DNA of 64,000 nucleotides from Methanotrichaceae archaeon (GTDB lineage Archaea; Halobacteriota; Methanosarcinia; Methanotrichales; Methanotrichaceae). Position numbers and translations under genes: made by a program. The stretch is taken from NCBI GenBank assembly GCA_963754945.1, contig CAVWIG010000024.1, forward strand, positions 32,001 through 96,000, read 5' to 3'. Below, piece by piece: positions 27,816-38,077 of the stretch (positions are counted from its first letter, which is position 1; every line of letters starts with the position of its first letter). The notes beneath the pieces are model-generated. The model was not told where the DNA came from and searched no databases. It was given only the letters and a program-made list of their open reading frames with translations.

Positions 27816-28076
27816 CTAAAGATCTCCAGGAAGCTCTCCGGTGAGGCTCTCGATCCTCTGCTCAGCGCTCTCCAGCCTGGAGCTGCACAATCTGACCAAA
27901 CGTATACCACGCTCAAACAGAACCAGGCTCTCCTCAAGCGAGAGCTTCCCATCCTCCAGCCTGCCGACAATCTGCTCCAGATCCGCCAGTGCTTCCTCCA
28001 AATTCAGATCGTCCTTCGAGATAACACCACACCCTAAATCTTCAACTTCCTCGCTTTTACATCTTTTCCAATACAT
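27816..28076 (-). CDS. xseB: Exodeoxyribonuclease VII small subunit
   Basis: LEEALADLEQIVGRLEDGKLSLEESL..FERG..L; true start probably internal. Confidence 0.9.
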   Translation of the reverse strand: MYWKRCKSEEVEDLGCGVISKDDLNLEEALADLEQIVGRLEDGKLSLEESLVLFERGIRLVRLCSSRLESAEQRIESLTGELPGDL

Positions 28077-29244
28077 TGCACTTCAGCTTTCCATCTGCTA
28101 GGATCAGCTCTATTACATCCCCTGGTGAGGCATCCCCCGCCTTGAGGATCAACCGTCCACCTGAGGATCGAGCGATGGAATATCCTCGGGACAGAGTAGC
28201 CAGAGGGCTAATCGAATCAAGGCTGCTCTCCGCTAGAGCGAGCCTGTTCTTCAGGTTCTCTATCCTCGTCCTTTGGGCCGATTCCATGTGCTCTGCCAGG
28301 TCGTCCAGACGCTGGCGGTGCTCAGCCAGGAGGGCGTACATTCTCCGGGCAGATAGGCTGCGCTGGAGGTATTCCAGGCGTTCTTGCTTGCGCTCCAGAC
28401 TGGACCAAAGGGACCTGGTCATCCTGGATTCGACAAGTCCGAGATGGATCTTCAGCTCTGCGACATCGGGGACTGCCATCTCCGCAGCCGCCGTCGGAGT
28501 TGGTGCCCGCACGTCTGCAACGAAATCTGCGATTGTGATGTCGGTCTCGTGCCCTATGGCCGAGATCACAGGAGAATCGCACTCGAAGATGGCCCTGGCT
28601 ACAATTTCGTGGTTGAAACCCCACAGATCCTCAGCCGATCCGCCACCTCGGCAAACTATGACAACGTCAGCCCTGCCCTGTAGGGACCTTACGGCCAATG
28701 ATATGCTCTCCGGTGCTCCGTCGCCCTGGACCTGAGCAGGTGACAGTATAATCCTGGCAGGATAGGAGCCGATGATGCTGAGCACATCCCTGAGGGCTGC
28801 TCCGTCAGGAGATGTCACTATGCCGATTCTGGACGGGTACTTGTGCAGGGACCTCTTGCGCTCGTCGTCGAAGAGGCCTTCTGCAGCAAGCTTTTGCTTG
28901 AGCCTCTCAAGCTCCTGGTGCCGGAGTCCCAGACCGGAGTCGAGCCTGATTCCTCGAACTACCAGTTGTACCTGCCCCCTGGGACGGTAAACCTCTACGT
29001 CTCCGAAGACCTGGACGTTCTGGCCATCCTTTAGCTCGAAGCCTAGTCGCGCCCCGTAGTTCCGAAATAGGGCACAGGAGAGTTGAGAATCCTTATCCTT
29101 GAGGGTGAAGTACCTGTGGCCTGAGCGATGGTTCACGACATTGGACAGCTCCCCTCGGGCCCACAGGTCGTGCAGCCGTAGGTCCGAATCCAGGCGCTCT
29201 TTTATCCTTTCGGTCAGCTCTGAGACTGTGAATATCTGGGTCAA
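28057..29244 (-). CDS. xseA: Exodeoxyribonuclease VII large subunit
   Basis: SGHRYFTLKD, RGGGSAEDLW.FN, SAIGHETD, APTPTAAAE. Confidence 0.96.
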   Translation of the reverse strand: MTQIFTVSELTERIKERLDSDLRLHDLWARGELSNVVNHRSGHRYFTLKDKDSQLSCALFRNYGARLGFELKDGQNVQVFGDVEVYRPRGQVQLVVRGIRLDSGLGLRHQELERLKQKLAAEGLFDDERKRSLHKYPSRIGIVTSPDGAALRDVLSIIGSYPARIILSPAQVQGDGAPESISLAVRSLQGRADVVIVCRGGGSAEDLWGFNHEIVARAIFECDSPVISAIGHETDITIADFVADVRAPTPTAAAEMAVPDVAELKIHLGLVESRMTRSLWSSLERKQERLEYLQRSLSARRMYALLAEHRQRLDDLAEHMESAQRTRIENLKNRLALAESSLDSISPLATLSRGYSIARSSGGRLILKAGDASPGDVIELILADGKLKCNVLEKM

Positions 29245-29303
29245 GGTGTTTCTTTTTTAGACGTGTGGCATATTTAACACCTCTCAGGGCAGGAAGAAAG
29301 TGG

Positions 29304-29989
29304 ATGCGAATAGCCGGCGATCTCATCTGGGCAAGGTTCCTCGAGCGGACGAGCAGGTTTACGGTTACTGCAGAGCAGGATGGCAGACTGCTCGACTGTT
29401 TCTTATCAAACCCCGGCCGACTCAAAGAGCTGCTGGTCCCGGGGCATAGCCTCCTGCTTAGGTGCGTCGCCGACACGGGCAGGACCAGAAAAACCGGCTT
29501 CGACGTCATCGGCGTATGTCTGAAAGACAAGGTCATCACCATCGACTCGAGGATTCCCAATGCTCTGATCGAGGAGGCTCTCAATGCCGGAAGCCTGCGG
29601 GAGTTCAAAGGTTACAGCGTTGTCAAAACGGAGCCGGCCTTCGGCTCCGGGAGATTCGATTTCCTCCTGGATTCACAGTGCTTTGTGGAAGTGAAGAGCT
29701 GCACACTGGTCAAGAACGGAGTAGCCCTGTTCCCGGATGCGCCCACAGCCCGCGGGAGGCGTCATCTGTTGGAGATGATCGAAGCTTTGAAACAGGTTAC
29801 AGGTGCGTCATCATCTTCGTTGTTCAAAGAGACGATGCTAGGGTGTTTATGCCTAATTCGGACACTGATCCAGAGTTCAGCAAGGCGCTCCAGGATGCAT
29901 GCAGCTCTGGAGTCGAGGCCATCGCCTACACAGCCAAGTATGAAGACAGACTAATAGAGCTTGTCAGAAGGATAGATGTTCAGGTCTAG
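29304..29989 (+). pseudogene. sfsA: SfsA nuclease-family gene with a frameshift near 29795
   Basis: SNPGRL.EL, FVEVKSCTL and FPDAPTARGRRHL in one frame; GYRCVIIFVVQR...DPEF..AL in another. Confidence 0.85.
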
Positions 29990-30135
29990 ATACCAATTGC
30001 CTCGTGATAGAATCTTCGGCTAAGCATGATGTTTTTAACGAAGAAGGATCACATGAAAAAATCAATTAAACTTTTTTGGTCTCTAATCAAGATAACTTTA
30101 TATGGCATAATTTCCTCTTCAATTGTGGTGTTGTC

Positions 30136-30831
30136 GTGCATATAATGGAAGGGTTCCTGCCTCATCCCTGGTGGGAGATCTGGTTTGGACTTTCACTGCC
30201 GGTGGTGGCGTATGGGGCTTTTAGGATGAACAAAATGATAAAAGAAAGCCGCGAAATTTTGCCCTTGCTTGCAGTCTCTGGCGCCTTTATCTTCGTCCTA
30301 TCTTCCCTGAAGATGCCATCCGTTACAGGAAGCTGCTCGCACCCCACAGGAACGGGCATGGGAGCGATCATCTTCGGTCCCTGGATTACTTCTGTGCTGT
30401 CGATCATAGTGCTGATATATCAGGCCCTGTTCCTAGCTCACGGCGGCTTGACCACGTTGGGGGCCAACACATTCTCCATGGGAATAGCAGGGCCGATAGT
30501 CGGATACATAGTCTATAAAGCGGCCATGAAGTCGGGGGTAAATATTTACATCGCCGTATTTCTGGCGGCGTTGCTCGCCGATTGGGCCACGTATGCTGTT
30601 ACATCCGTCCAGCTTGCTCTGGCCTTCCCCGCGGCTACCGGTGGAGTGCTGGCCTCGTTCAAGGCTTTCATGGCCATCTTTGCCATAACACAGGTTCCCC
30701 TGGCAGTAGTTGAGGGCGCTGTAACTGCACTTATGTTCAAATACATCGTCCAGCTCAGGAGCGATGTTCTGGTAAGACTCAATGTTGCATCTCCCAGCAT
30801 TATTAAGAAACTGAAGGAGGCTTCGGCGTGA
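30136..30831 (+). CDS. cbiM: Cobalt ECF transporter substrate component CbiM
   Basis: GTG start gives MHIMEGFLP; GSCSHPTG; AHGGLTTLGAN. Confidence 0.96.
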   Translation: MHIMEGFLPHPWWEIWFGLSLPVVAYGAFRMNKMIKESREILPLLAVSGAFIFVLSSLKMPSVTGSCSHPTGTGMGAIIFGPWITSVLSIIVLIYQALFLAHGGLTTLGANTFSMGIAGPIVGYIVYKAAMKSGVNIYIAVFLAALLADWATYAVTSVQLALAFPAATGGVLASFKAFMAIFAITQVPLAVVEGAVTALMFKYIVQLRSDVLVRLNVASPSIIKKLKEASA

Positions 30832-31136
30832 AGTTAGAGTTAATAACCTTGGCTATTTTAGTGACCTTCATCGCAGTCTTTGCATATGTCAGTTCAAGCG
30901 GAAACCACGAGTGGGGAGGCGCAGATGATCAGCCGGCAAAAGTCATCAATGAGCTGACTCATGGGTCCTACCATCCTTGGTTTAATAGTGTATGGGTACC
31001 TCCTAGCCCTGAGATAGAGAGCTTGCTTTTCGCCTTGCAGGCGGCCTTCGGCAGCCTCATTATCGGCTATTTCCTGGGCTACTACCGTGCCATGGCAAAG
31101 ATTAAGAGTGCGGCAGCTTCGGCTAAGCAAGATTGA
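30828..31136 (+). CDS. cbiN: Cobalt transport protein CbiN
   Basis: WGGADD, Y.PWF..VW.PPS.EIESLLFALQAA. Confidence 0.95.
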   Translation: MKLELITLAILVTFIAVFAYVSSSGNHEWGGADDQPAKVINELTHGSYHPWFNSVWVPPSPEIESLLFALQAAFGSLIIGYFLGYYRAMAKIKSAAASAKQD

Positions 31137-31143
31137 GAATTGA

Positions 31144-31926
31144 ATGCACGACCTGCTAGACGACTACGCACATTCCAACGCACTAAGGGACACGAATCCG
31201 AGGCTCAAGCTGCTGCTTGGTCTCGGAGCTATCATCCTTTGCGTATCTTCGGCCACTCCGATAGCGCCTTTATTCATAGCTGTTACCATGAGTCTCATAA
31301 CTGTAAGGTTGGCCAAAATTCCAGGGCGTTTTTACTCCACACTGCTGCTAATACCCATCTCCTTCTCCATGATGAGCGCCGTAGTGGTGGCCTTCATGCA
31401 TGGCGGAGGCGACCAATTATTTACCTTTGACATCTTCGGCATCAGCTTGGGCATCAGAGAAGAGGGGGCCAACCTGGCCCTGCTTCTGGTCGCCAGGACC
31501 TTTGGGGGCATGTGCTCCCTATTCTTCATAGCCCTGACCACGCCCATGATCGAGATCTTCTCGATCCTGAAGTCCCTGGGCCTGCCGGACTTCTTGGTTG
31601 AGCTTTCCATGTTGATGTACAGGTATATCTTTGTCTTCGTGGATCAAGCTGCCATGATCCACAGCGCCCAAACGATGCGGCTTGGAGATATGGGAATCAA
31701 AAACTCTCTTAACTCCTTCTCCATGCTTTCGAGCGTTCTTTTTCTACGGGCCTGGGAGCAGGGGGAGCGCTTAATGGTGGCCATGGACTCCCGTTGCTAC
31801 GATGGGAGACTGGATGTATTCGAAAAGCGGACACCAATTATGCTGCAAGGCGCATTGATCGTTGTCGGCTATTTGGCCACAATTGCAGCGATCGCCTTTT
31901 TGACAAGGGATTTCAGGCTGATATGA
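31144..31926 (+). CDS. cbiQ: Cobalt ECF transporter T component CbiQ
   Basis: LTTP, LMYRYIFV, AQ..RLG, AMDSRCY. Confidence 0.93.
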   Translation: MHDLLDDYAHSNALRDTNPRLKLLLGLGAIILCVSSATPIAPLFIAVTMSLITVRLAKIPGRFYSTLLLIPISFSMMSAVVVAFMHGGGDQLFTFDIFGISLGIREEGANLALLLVARTFGGMCSLFFIALTTPMIEIFSILKSLGLPDFLVELSMLMYRYIFVFVDQAAMIHSAQTMRLGDMGIKNSLNSFSMLSSVLFLRAWEQGERLMVAMDSRCYDGRLDVFEKRTPIMLQGALIVVGYLATIAAIAFLTRDFRLI

Positions 31927-31933
31927 GGTTGTC

Positions 31934-32974
31934 ATGGACAACATTCTAGAAGCAAGGAACGTTCGATACTCTTACTCGGATGGTCCGGAGGCGCTGAGAG
32001 GATTGAGCACTGCGATAGAAGAAGGCAAAAAGATCGCTCTTGTTGGCCCCAACGGAGCAGGAAAATCCACCCTCATGCTCATGTTCAATGGCATTCTCAG
32101 GCCTACGTCCGGGGAGGTGTACTTCAGGGACCAGCCCATGAAGTACGACTCTCCTTCTTTGAGGAATGTGCGGCGTAAGGTGGGTTTGGTCTTCCAGAAC
32201 CCAGACGACCAGCTCTTCGCTCCCACAGTCTACCAGGATGTGGCTTTCGGGCCGGTCAACCTGGGATATCCCAAGGACAAAGTCGAGAAGTATGTAAACT
32301 ACGCCTTGAGCTACGTCGGCCTTTCCGGCTTCGAGAGCCGACCACCCCATCATTTGAGCGGCGGTGAGAAGAAGCGGGTAGCAATAGCCGGTGTCCTGGC
32401 CATGGAGCCTGAGGTGATGATCCTTGACGAGCCGACATCCAACCTTGACCCAGCAGGCTCCGAGGAGATCATGGAGATGCTGGACGAGCTGAACAGCAGC
32501 GGGAAGACGATGATAATCTCCACCCATGACGTTGAGCTGGCCTATCGCTGGTCGGACCAGATCCTGCTAATGGAAGACGGCAAACTCCTCCACTACGGCC
32601 CGCCAGCAGAGGTCTTTGCCGATCATGAGTTAGTGAGCAAAGCTCGCATGAAGCCGCCCGCCGTGATGGAGATCTACCAGGAGCTTAGAGGGAGAGGGGT
32701 CTTGGATGGTGACCGACCGCCCAGGAATATCCTTGAGCTTACAAACCTTTTGGAGACAAGGGCCACAGTAGGCTGTCCAAAAGTCAGCCCAGGCAAGATC
32801 TATCTGTACAACGTAGACCGTGCCGACCCTGGGGAGATAAGATCCTTCCTTGATTCAGGATCTGCCAAATATGTTGGCGCTATGGGTACCAGCGCCAAGA
32901 TGATGGCGGAGAGAGAGTTGATCCGTCTGGACTTCACCTTCGGGGTTATAGACAAGAGAGTTTCGAAAAACTAA
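31934..32974 (+). CDS. cbiO: CbiO ATPase, C-terminally truncated by an IS5 insertion
   Basis: GPNGAGKS, FQNPDDQLF, LSGGEKKR, DEPT intact; last residues RVSKN come from the IS. Confidence 0.93.
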   Translation: MDNILEARNVRYSYSDGPEALRGLSTAIEEGKKIALVGPNGAGKSTLMLMFNGILRPTSGEVYFRDQPMKYDSPSLRNVRRKVGLVFQNPDDQLFAPTVYQDVAFGPVNLGYPKDKVEKYVNYALSYVGLSGFESRPPHHLSGGEKKRVAIAGVLAMEPEVMILDEPTSNLDPAGSEEIMEMLDELNSSGKTMIISTHDVELAYRWSDQILLMEDGKLLHYGPPAEVFADHELVSKARMKPPAVMEIYQELRGRGVLDGDRPPRNILELTNLLETRATVGCPKVSPGKIYLYNVDRADPGEIRSFLDSGSAKYVGAMGTSAKMMAERELIRLDFTFGVIDKRVSKN

Positions 32975-34240
32975 TCAATCGAAATACTTATATACTATTA
33001 ATACTATAATATAATGCATGAGGACTCTCATTGATTTTGCCATTCGAGCAGAATATGCTCGAGTAAAAGCCCTCGGAGATGATCTATCCGAGATCGGATC
33101 GTTGATCAATTGGGAGCGTTTCAGATTTTTGGAACCATTGATATACAAAAATAAAACTAGCCGCGGAGGTCGTCCGAACATTGACATCGTGATTATGGTG
33201 AAAGCTCTCGTAATTCAGCATTGGTTTGGTCTAACAGATCCAGAACTGGAGCGACAGGTTGCGGATAGGATCTCTTTTCGTATTTTCCTTGGCACCACTG
33301 AAGTAATTCCTGATTTCAGCACAGTTTGGCTATTCCGTGAACGTTTGATTAAGTGCGACGTATACGATGATCTTTGGAATGAGCTTCAAAGGCAGCTCGA
33401 TGAGATGGGGTTTACTGTAAAGAATGGCACTATCCAGGATGCAACCTTCATAACTTCGGACCCAGGTCGGAAGAGGAACAAGAAAGACGAGCAAGGCGGG
33501 GACAAAAAGGAAGGTCAAGATTCCGAAGCCACCAGTACGAGCCTGAATCAGGAGTTTGATAAAGAGCTAATTGGTATTTCAAATAATATTATTGATGACA
33601 AGGCCAAACCACAGAGACTCGAAGAAGAGCCAATAAATGAGGGAAGTTGGGCAAAAAAGGGTGTCAAATCCTTTTTCGGATATAAAGGTCATATCTCAAT
33701 CGATACCAATTACCACCTTATCAGATATTTTGAGACTACAACTGCTTCTGTACACGATAGTCAGGTAGATCTTGGAATTGAAGGGCTACCACGTTACGCC
33801 GATAAGGGATATGATGGTGCAAAAACTCGAGGATATGATGCAGCCATGAAAAAAGCTACAAGAGGTCACAAGCTTGGAATCATAGATCTTCTGAGGAATA
33901 AGAGAATCAGTAAAACGCGATCGCACATCGAAAGATGCTTCGCTGTTATGAAGCGGGGGCATAAGGGAGCACATGTTTATGTAACAACTGTCGCAAGAGC
34001 TGGAGTAAAATTCATGATGAATTCGGTCGTTTACAACCTGGAACAGTTGAAATATTTAGTGCATAAACAAACAGCCTAGCGGAAGCTCTCTAAAAAAGCG
34101 CAAAAATTAGAAACAACAAGGTAAATTGAAATCTAATAAGCCAATTTAGGGGTGAAATATGCTAAAAAACCACTATAAAGATTGAAAATATTAACGCAAG
34201 AATTTAAGGCTTCATTAACCAACACTAAATCGAAACCCTC
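32956..34240 (+). mobile_element. IS5-family element
   Basis: Imperfect TIR GAGAGTTTCGA / GAGGGTTTCGA; flanks ACAA and ACCA (4-bp TSD with one mismatch). Confidence 0.88.
33018..34079 (+). CDS. IS5-family transposase
   Basis: GGRP, DRISFR.FL, PD.ST.W.FRE, IQDATFI, FGYK.H, ASVHDSQ, ADKGY, IER.F. Confidence 0.92.
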   Translation: MRTLIDFAIRAEYARVKALGDDLSEIGSLINWERFRFLEPLIYKNKTSRGGRPNIDIVIMVKALVIQHWFGLTDPELERQVADRISFRIFLGTTEVIPDFSTVWLFRERLIKCDVYDDLWNELQRQLDEMGFTVKNGTIQDATFITSDPGRKRNKKDEQGGDKKEGQDSEATSTSLNQEFDKELIGISNNIIDDKAKPQRLEEEPINEGSWAKKGVKSFFGYKGHISIDTNYHLIRYFETTTASVHDSQVDLGIEGLPRYADKGYDGAKTRGYDAAMKKATRGHKLGIIDLLRNKRISKTRSHIERCFAVMKRGHKGAHVYVTTVARAGVKFMMNSVVYNLEQLKYLVHKQTA

Positions 34241-34244
34241 ACCA

Positions 34245-34437
34245 GTCAATTCTCAAGGCTACAACAGGCCAGAGCTCTCTGATAATGACCTCTGGAGGCA
34301 TGGTCGAACACGCTCTGCGCCGAATAGAGGCCTACTGCGATGAGTGGGGAGCGAAGATTCAGACATCTGTACTCAATGCATCTGTACTCAATGCATCTGT
34401 TCTCAATGCATCTGTTCTCAACGATCCTGGAAAATAA
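34245..34437 (+). pseudogene. cbiO: Detached 3' end of cbiO
   Basis: Joins in frame to ...GVIDK as SILKATTGQSSLIMTSGGMVEHALRRIEAY...DPGK*. Confidence 0.8.
34364..34421 (+). repeat. 15-bp tandem repeat, about 4 copies (SVLNA)
   Basis: CATCTGT(A/T)CTCAATG units. Confidence 0.9.
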
Positions 34438-34544
34438 TTGGCTTGATAAATTTGGTGGTCTCTATCGTGCCGGTCTTCAAACATTGTTGTGATTATATTA
34501 TATTATTAATTATTTAGTTATTGCAAAATCTGCATTGGACAAAT

Positions 34545-34598
34545 GAATGGAGCGGGTAGGGGAGTGGGGGTTAGTAAAAAAGATGAGTGTACCCGCTC
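34545..34598 (-). ncRNA. Candidate small RNA: 9-bp stem with a C/U-rich loop
   Basis: BRE-TATA GAAAAG-TA-TTTATA at 34634-34621; stem GAGCGGGTA/TACCCGCTC starts at the expected TSS distance. Confidence 0.45.
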
Positions 34599-34664
34599 AA
34601 ATCTCCAAACCCTTTTGTTGTATAAATACTTTTCCGGATAGGTTTTATAATTAATTATCAATAA

Positions 34665-35432
34665 CTAATGATTGATTCTGAGCATTGCTATTTTAGCAGC
34701 ATAAGCCCCAGCCACGAAGCCTGCATCTATGTTAACAACGGTCAAGACCGAACAGGATTGCAGCATGGACATCAGCGCTGCGATGCCGTTCCCGCCCACT
34801 CCGTAACCTGTTGAGACGGGCAAGCCTATCACAGGAGCGTCCAGGATTCCGGCCACAACCGCAGGAAGGGTTCCCTCTCTGCCCGCAGCGACCACCATTG
34901 CATCAACGTCCAGCATCTTCTCAAGGCAGGGAAAAAGCCTGTGAATCCCGGCCACGCCGACATCGTACTCTGAGACGACATGACAGCCCATCTCCCGGGC
35001 AACCACTTTGGCCTCCTCTGCAACGGGAATATCCGCTGTGCCGGCTGCAAGTATGCCCACCTTGCCCCGTCCCTGCTTTCTCTCACCGGCCCTCAGTACC
35101 ACCGTCCTGGCTCTTGGGTTGTGGTCCAGAAATGAACCCGTAGGAAGATCGGCCTCCTTCAGGACCTGGAGCTGCTCAGGGGAGACTCTGGTTATTATAA
35201 CGCTGCCAACTTCCTCCAGATGGGCCAAGGCGATCTCGGCAAGATCGTCCTTGTCCTTGCCTTCGGCCAGGATTGCTTCAGGCACTCCGATCCGGTTCGC
35301 CCTCTGGGTGTCCAGCTTGGCCATGTCGCCTAAGGCACGACAGGATAGAAGCCTGATCTGGCCCAGGGCTTGGTCCAGGGAGACCTCGCCTCTCGCATGC
35401 TGCTCCAGAAGGTCTCTAAGGCTATCATTCAC
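34665..35432 (-). CDS. larB: Nickel pincer cofactor biosynthesis protein LarB (PurE-like)
   Basis: G.PEAILAEGK, AGTADIPVAEEA, DVGVAGIHRL, AGREGTLP, P.S.GYG, VVNID.GF.A. Confidence 0.9.
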   Translation of the reverse strand: MNDSLRDLLEQHARGEVSLDQALGQIRLLSCRALGDMAKLDTQRANRIGVPEAILAEGKDKDDLAEIALAHLEEVGSVIITRVSPEQLQVLKEADLPTGSFLDHNPRARTVVLRAGERKQGRGKVGILAAGTADIPVAEEAKVVAREMGCHVVSEYDVGVAGIHRLFPCLEKMLDVDAMVVAAGREGTLPAVVAGILDAPVIGLPVSTGYGVGGNGIAALMSMLQSCSVLTVVNIDAGFVAGAYAAKIAMLRINH

Positions 35433-35711
35433 GACAGGGGATTGGCGGGCGAAGAATAAAGGGTTTGTCCTATGGAACGGGAGGCATGGGCTGATGATAT
35501 TATTCGATGAAATTACTGGTCATCATCACCAGTCCTGCAAACATGTGGTTAATGTGACTTCAAGAAAGCGTAAATAACGTCCTTGATAAGATATACGGCT
35601 CGATCTATAAATCATTTGATAGAATCTGAGATTTTCAATCTTTGGATTCTTTGATCTATGTCACATTCTGCATTGAATATTTCTTGCGATTCAATAATTT
35701 TTTTATCGTGC

Positions 35712-36800
35712 TAGGACTTACGCACTTGGCAGAATCTTCTTATATTGCATATGCTATATTAATACCAACAAATAAATGGGATAGGGCTGAACTTGAATCC
35801 TTCCAAGTGCGATGATCTTGATTATATTCACTTTCTGATAGCATCAGTAGATGTTTTTACCTGTACTGAGGCTGCAAGGTGCCAGCCAGTAGGAGAAAAT
35901 AGTCCATCGCATGATGCATTTACCCGTCTTCTACAAAGACAGCCTCCAGATACGGATACGTTGTGGAATGAGGTAAAGGATATTGTTCAGCCTCAAAATG
36001 GTTTCTTGGTTATTGACGATACGACGTTGGACAAGCCATATGCTAAAAATATGAGCCTAGTCTATCATCAATGGAGTGGAAAACAGCATCGATTGGTGAA
36101 TGGAATCAATATTTGTACGTTGCTGTGGACAGATGGAAACGCTATAATTCCCGTTGATTTCCGAATCTACGATATAGATGTCGACGGCAAGACAAAAAAT
36201 GATCATTTTCGAGATATGCTTGCCAAAGCAAAAGAACGGCGTTTTCAGCCCTGTATTGTTCTCTTCGATAGCTGGTATGCCAGTGTAGATAATCTCAAAA
36301 CCATACGAAAGTCTGGATGGCACTGGCTGACCCGATTGAAGAAAAATAGGCTAGTGAATCCGAATAACACCAAAAATATGCAAATTCAGGAGATAGAGAT
36401 ACCGCTGCAAGGCAGGGAAGTGCATTTAAAAGCTTATGGTTTTATAAAAGTATTCCGGATAGTCTCTAATGACGGTGACATAGGATACTGGGCAACTGAC
36501 GTGCTGGAGATAGACGAAGCTAAACGCGAAAAATTTGGTGGATATTCCTGGAAGATTGAGGAATATCACAGAGGCATAAAGCAATTCTGTGGAGTCGAAA
36601 GCTGTCAAGCAAGAAAAAGTCAGTCCCAGAGAGCACACATAATGTTCTCCCTGAGAGCGTTTCTCAGATTAGAAGTAGAAAGGCTTAGAATAGGAATAAG
36701 TTGGTTCGAATCTAAGCGAAGAATTATTCGCGAGTCAATTCGCGAATATATAAAATATCCTTATTATTCATTGTCGAAAGATTCAACTGCGTAAGTCCTA
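35712..36800 (+). mobile_element. IS701-family element, copy 2
   Basis: TIR TAGGACTTACGCA; 5-bp TSD CGTGC; near-identical to 22083-23171, inverted. Confidence 0.92.
35793..36794 (+). CDS. IS701-family transposase
   Basis: Same protein as copy 1 except R to C in FQP(R/C)IVLFD. Confidence 0.92.
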   Translation: MNPSKCDDLDYIHFLIASVDVFTCTEAARCQPVGENSPSHDAFTRLLQRQPPDTDTLWNEVKDIVQPQNGFLVIDDTTLDKPYAKNMSLVYHQWSGKQHRLVNGINICTLLWTDGNAIIPVDFRIYDIDVDGKTKNDHFRDMLAKAKERRFQPCIVLFDSWYASVDNLKTIRKSGWHWLTRLKKNRLVNPNNTKNMQIQEIEIPLQGREVHLKAYGFIKVFRIVSNDGDIGYWATDVLEIDEAKREKFGGYSWKIEEYHRGIKQFCGVESCQARKSQSQRAHIMFSLRAFLRLEVERLRIGISWFESKRRIIRESIREYIKYPYYSLSKDSTA

Positions 36801-36812
36801 CGTGCATTAATA

Positions 36813-36903
36813 GAGGACTCCTAAAAACCCACTCAAAGGAATCCCTTATTTATATACTATTTATATAAGCCAAGCACTGAATCAGGGGTTAATAGGAATC
36901 CCC
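36813..36903. mobile_element. About 91-bp IS5-derived MITE
   Basis: TIR GAGGACTCCTAAAAACCC / GGGGATTCCTATTAACCC; internal TTATATACTATT also present in both IS5 left ends. Confidence 0.7.
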
Positions 36904-36929
36904 TAGCATCGAGATATAATTCGGTTACC

Positions 36930-38077
36930 GAGAATTCCTATAAACCTACCTGGCTTTGATCATAGTAATGTTTATATACTATTAATACTATTATATACTA
37001 TGGATTCATTTACTACTTGGATGCTTAAAGGTCTCCATGCCAAGCAAGAGAAGTCGCGACTCTCAGAGATATCGAATAAGATTGATTGGGCACCTTTCCG
37101 CCAAATTCTCGAAGAGATGTACGATAATAAAAGCGAGAAAGGTGGAAGACCAAATTGCGATGTCATCATGATGTTCAAGATTTTGATCCTTCAGAAATGG
37201 CATGGTCTGAGCGATTTGGGAATTGAAAGACAAATGGCTGACCGCATATCATTTATGGCGTTCCTTGATTATCCTGATCCTTTGCCAGACTCCCGAACGA
37301 TATGGCTATTCAAGCAACGCATTGCAGAATCCGGGAAAGCTGAGTTGATCTGGTCAGAACTGCAAAAACAGTTAGTCGCTATGGGTTTGCAGGTTAAGTG
37401 TGGAACGGTGCAAGATGCTACATTTATTGAAGCAGATCCCGGTTCTTCAAAAAAACCTCGTGGCGAGGATGCTAAGACTCGGCGCAGTCGAGATGGAACC
37501 TGGGCAAAGAAGGGAAATGAGACTCATTTTGGATATAAGCTGCACCAAAAAACCGATATCGATTACTGCCTAATACGCGAAATCGAGACAACAACCGCTT
37601 CATTGCATGATAGTCAGGTTGACTTATCAACCAAAGATGAAATCGTCCTTAGAGATAGAGGATATTTTGGCGCTGAAGCAAAAGGTATCGATTTCACGAT
37701 GAAACGCAGAACATCAGAAAAGCCTCTTGAGGAGCTTGATAAAGAGCGAAACAGGTTGATAAGCAAACTAAGATCTCCGGGAGAACGACCTCATGCAGTT
37801 ATAAAAAGAGTATTTGGGATGGGAAGAGTGTTGGTTACAACAGTCAAGAGGGTTCATGTTGAATTGATGGTTACAGCTTTCGCTTTGACCTGTTTCAGCT
37901 CTGTACATTGAAAAAAGCCAACGTCATCTGAACATAGCGGAAGCTATCGAAGAACAGATTGAAAGAGGGCTAATTCAATGAAATTCATAACAATTGAACC
38001 AAAAGGCTAGGTCATTCGGTAGTGAATCTTGAAAGAAAGAATAGAAGCTTGTTGAAAGCTAGTTTTTAGGAATACTC
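36930..38077 (+). mobile_element. IS5-family element
   Basis: TIR GAGAATTCCTATAAAC / GAGTATTCCTAAAAAC. Confidence 0.85.
37000..37931 (+). CDS. IS5-family transposase with a late frameshift near 37885
   Basis: GGRP, VQDATFI, FGYKLH, LRDRGY; plausible tail FDLFQLCTLKKANVI* is in another frame. Confidence 0.85.

Noticed and set aside
29990-30135. Cobalamin riboswitch or metal-regulator operator before cbiM
   Set aside because: TATA lies about 30 nt from the start codon, leaving no room; no B12-box; only a weak inverted repeat
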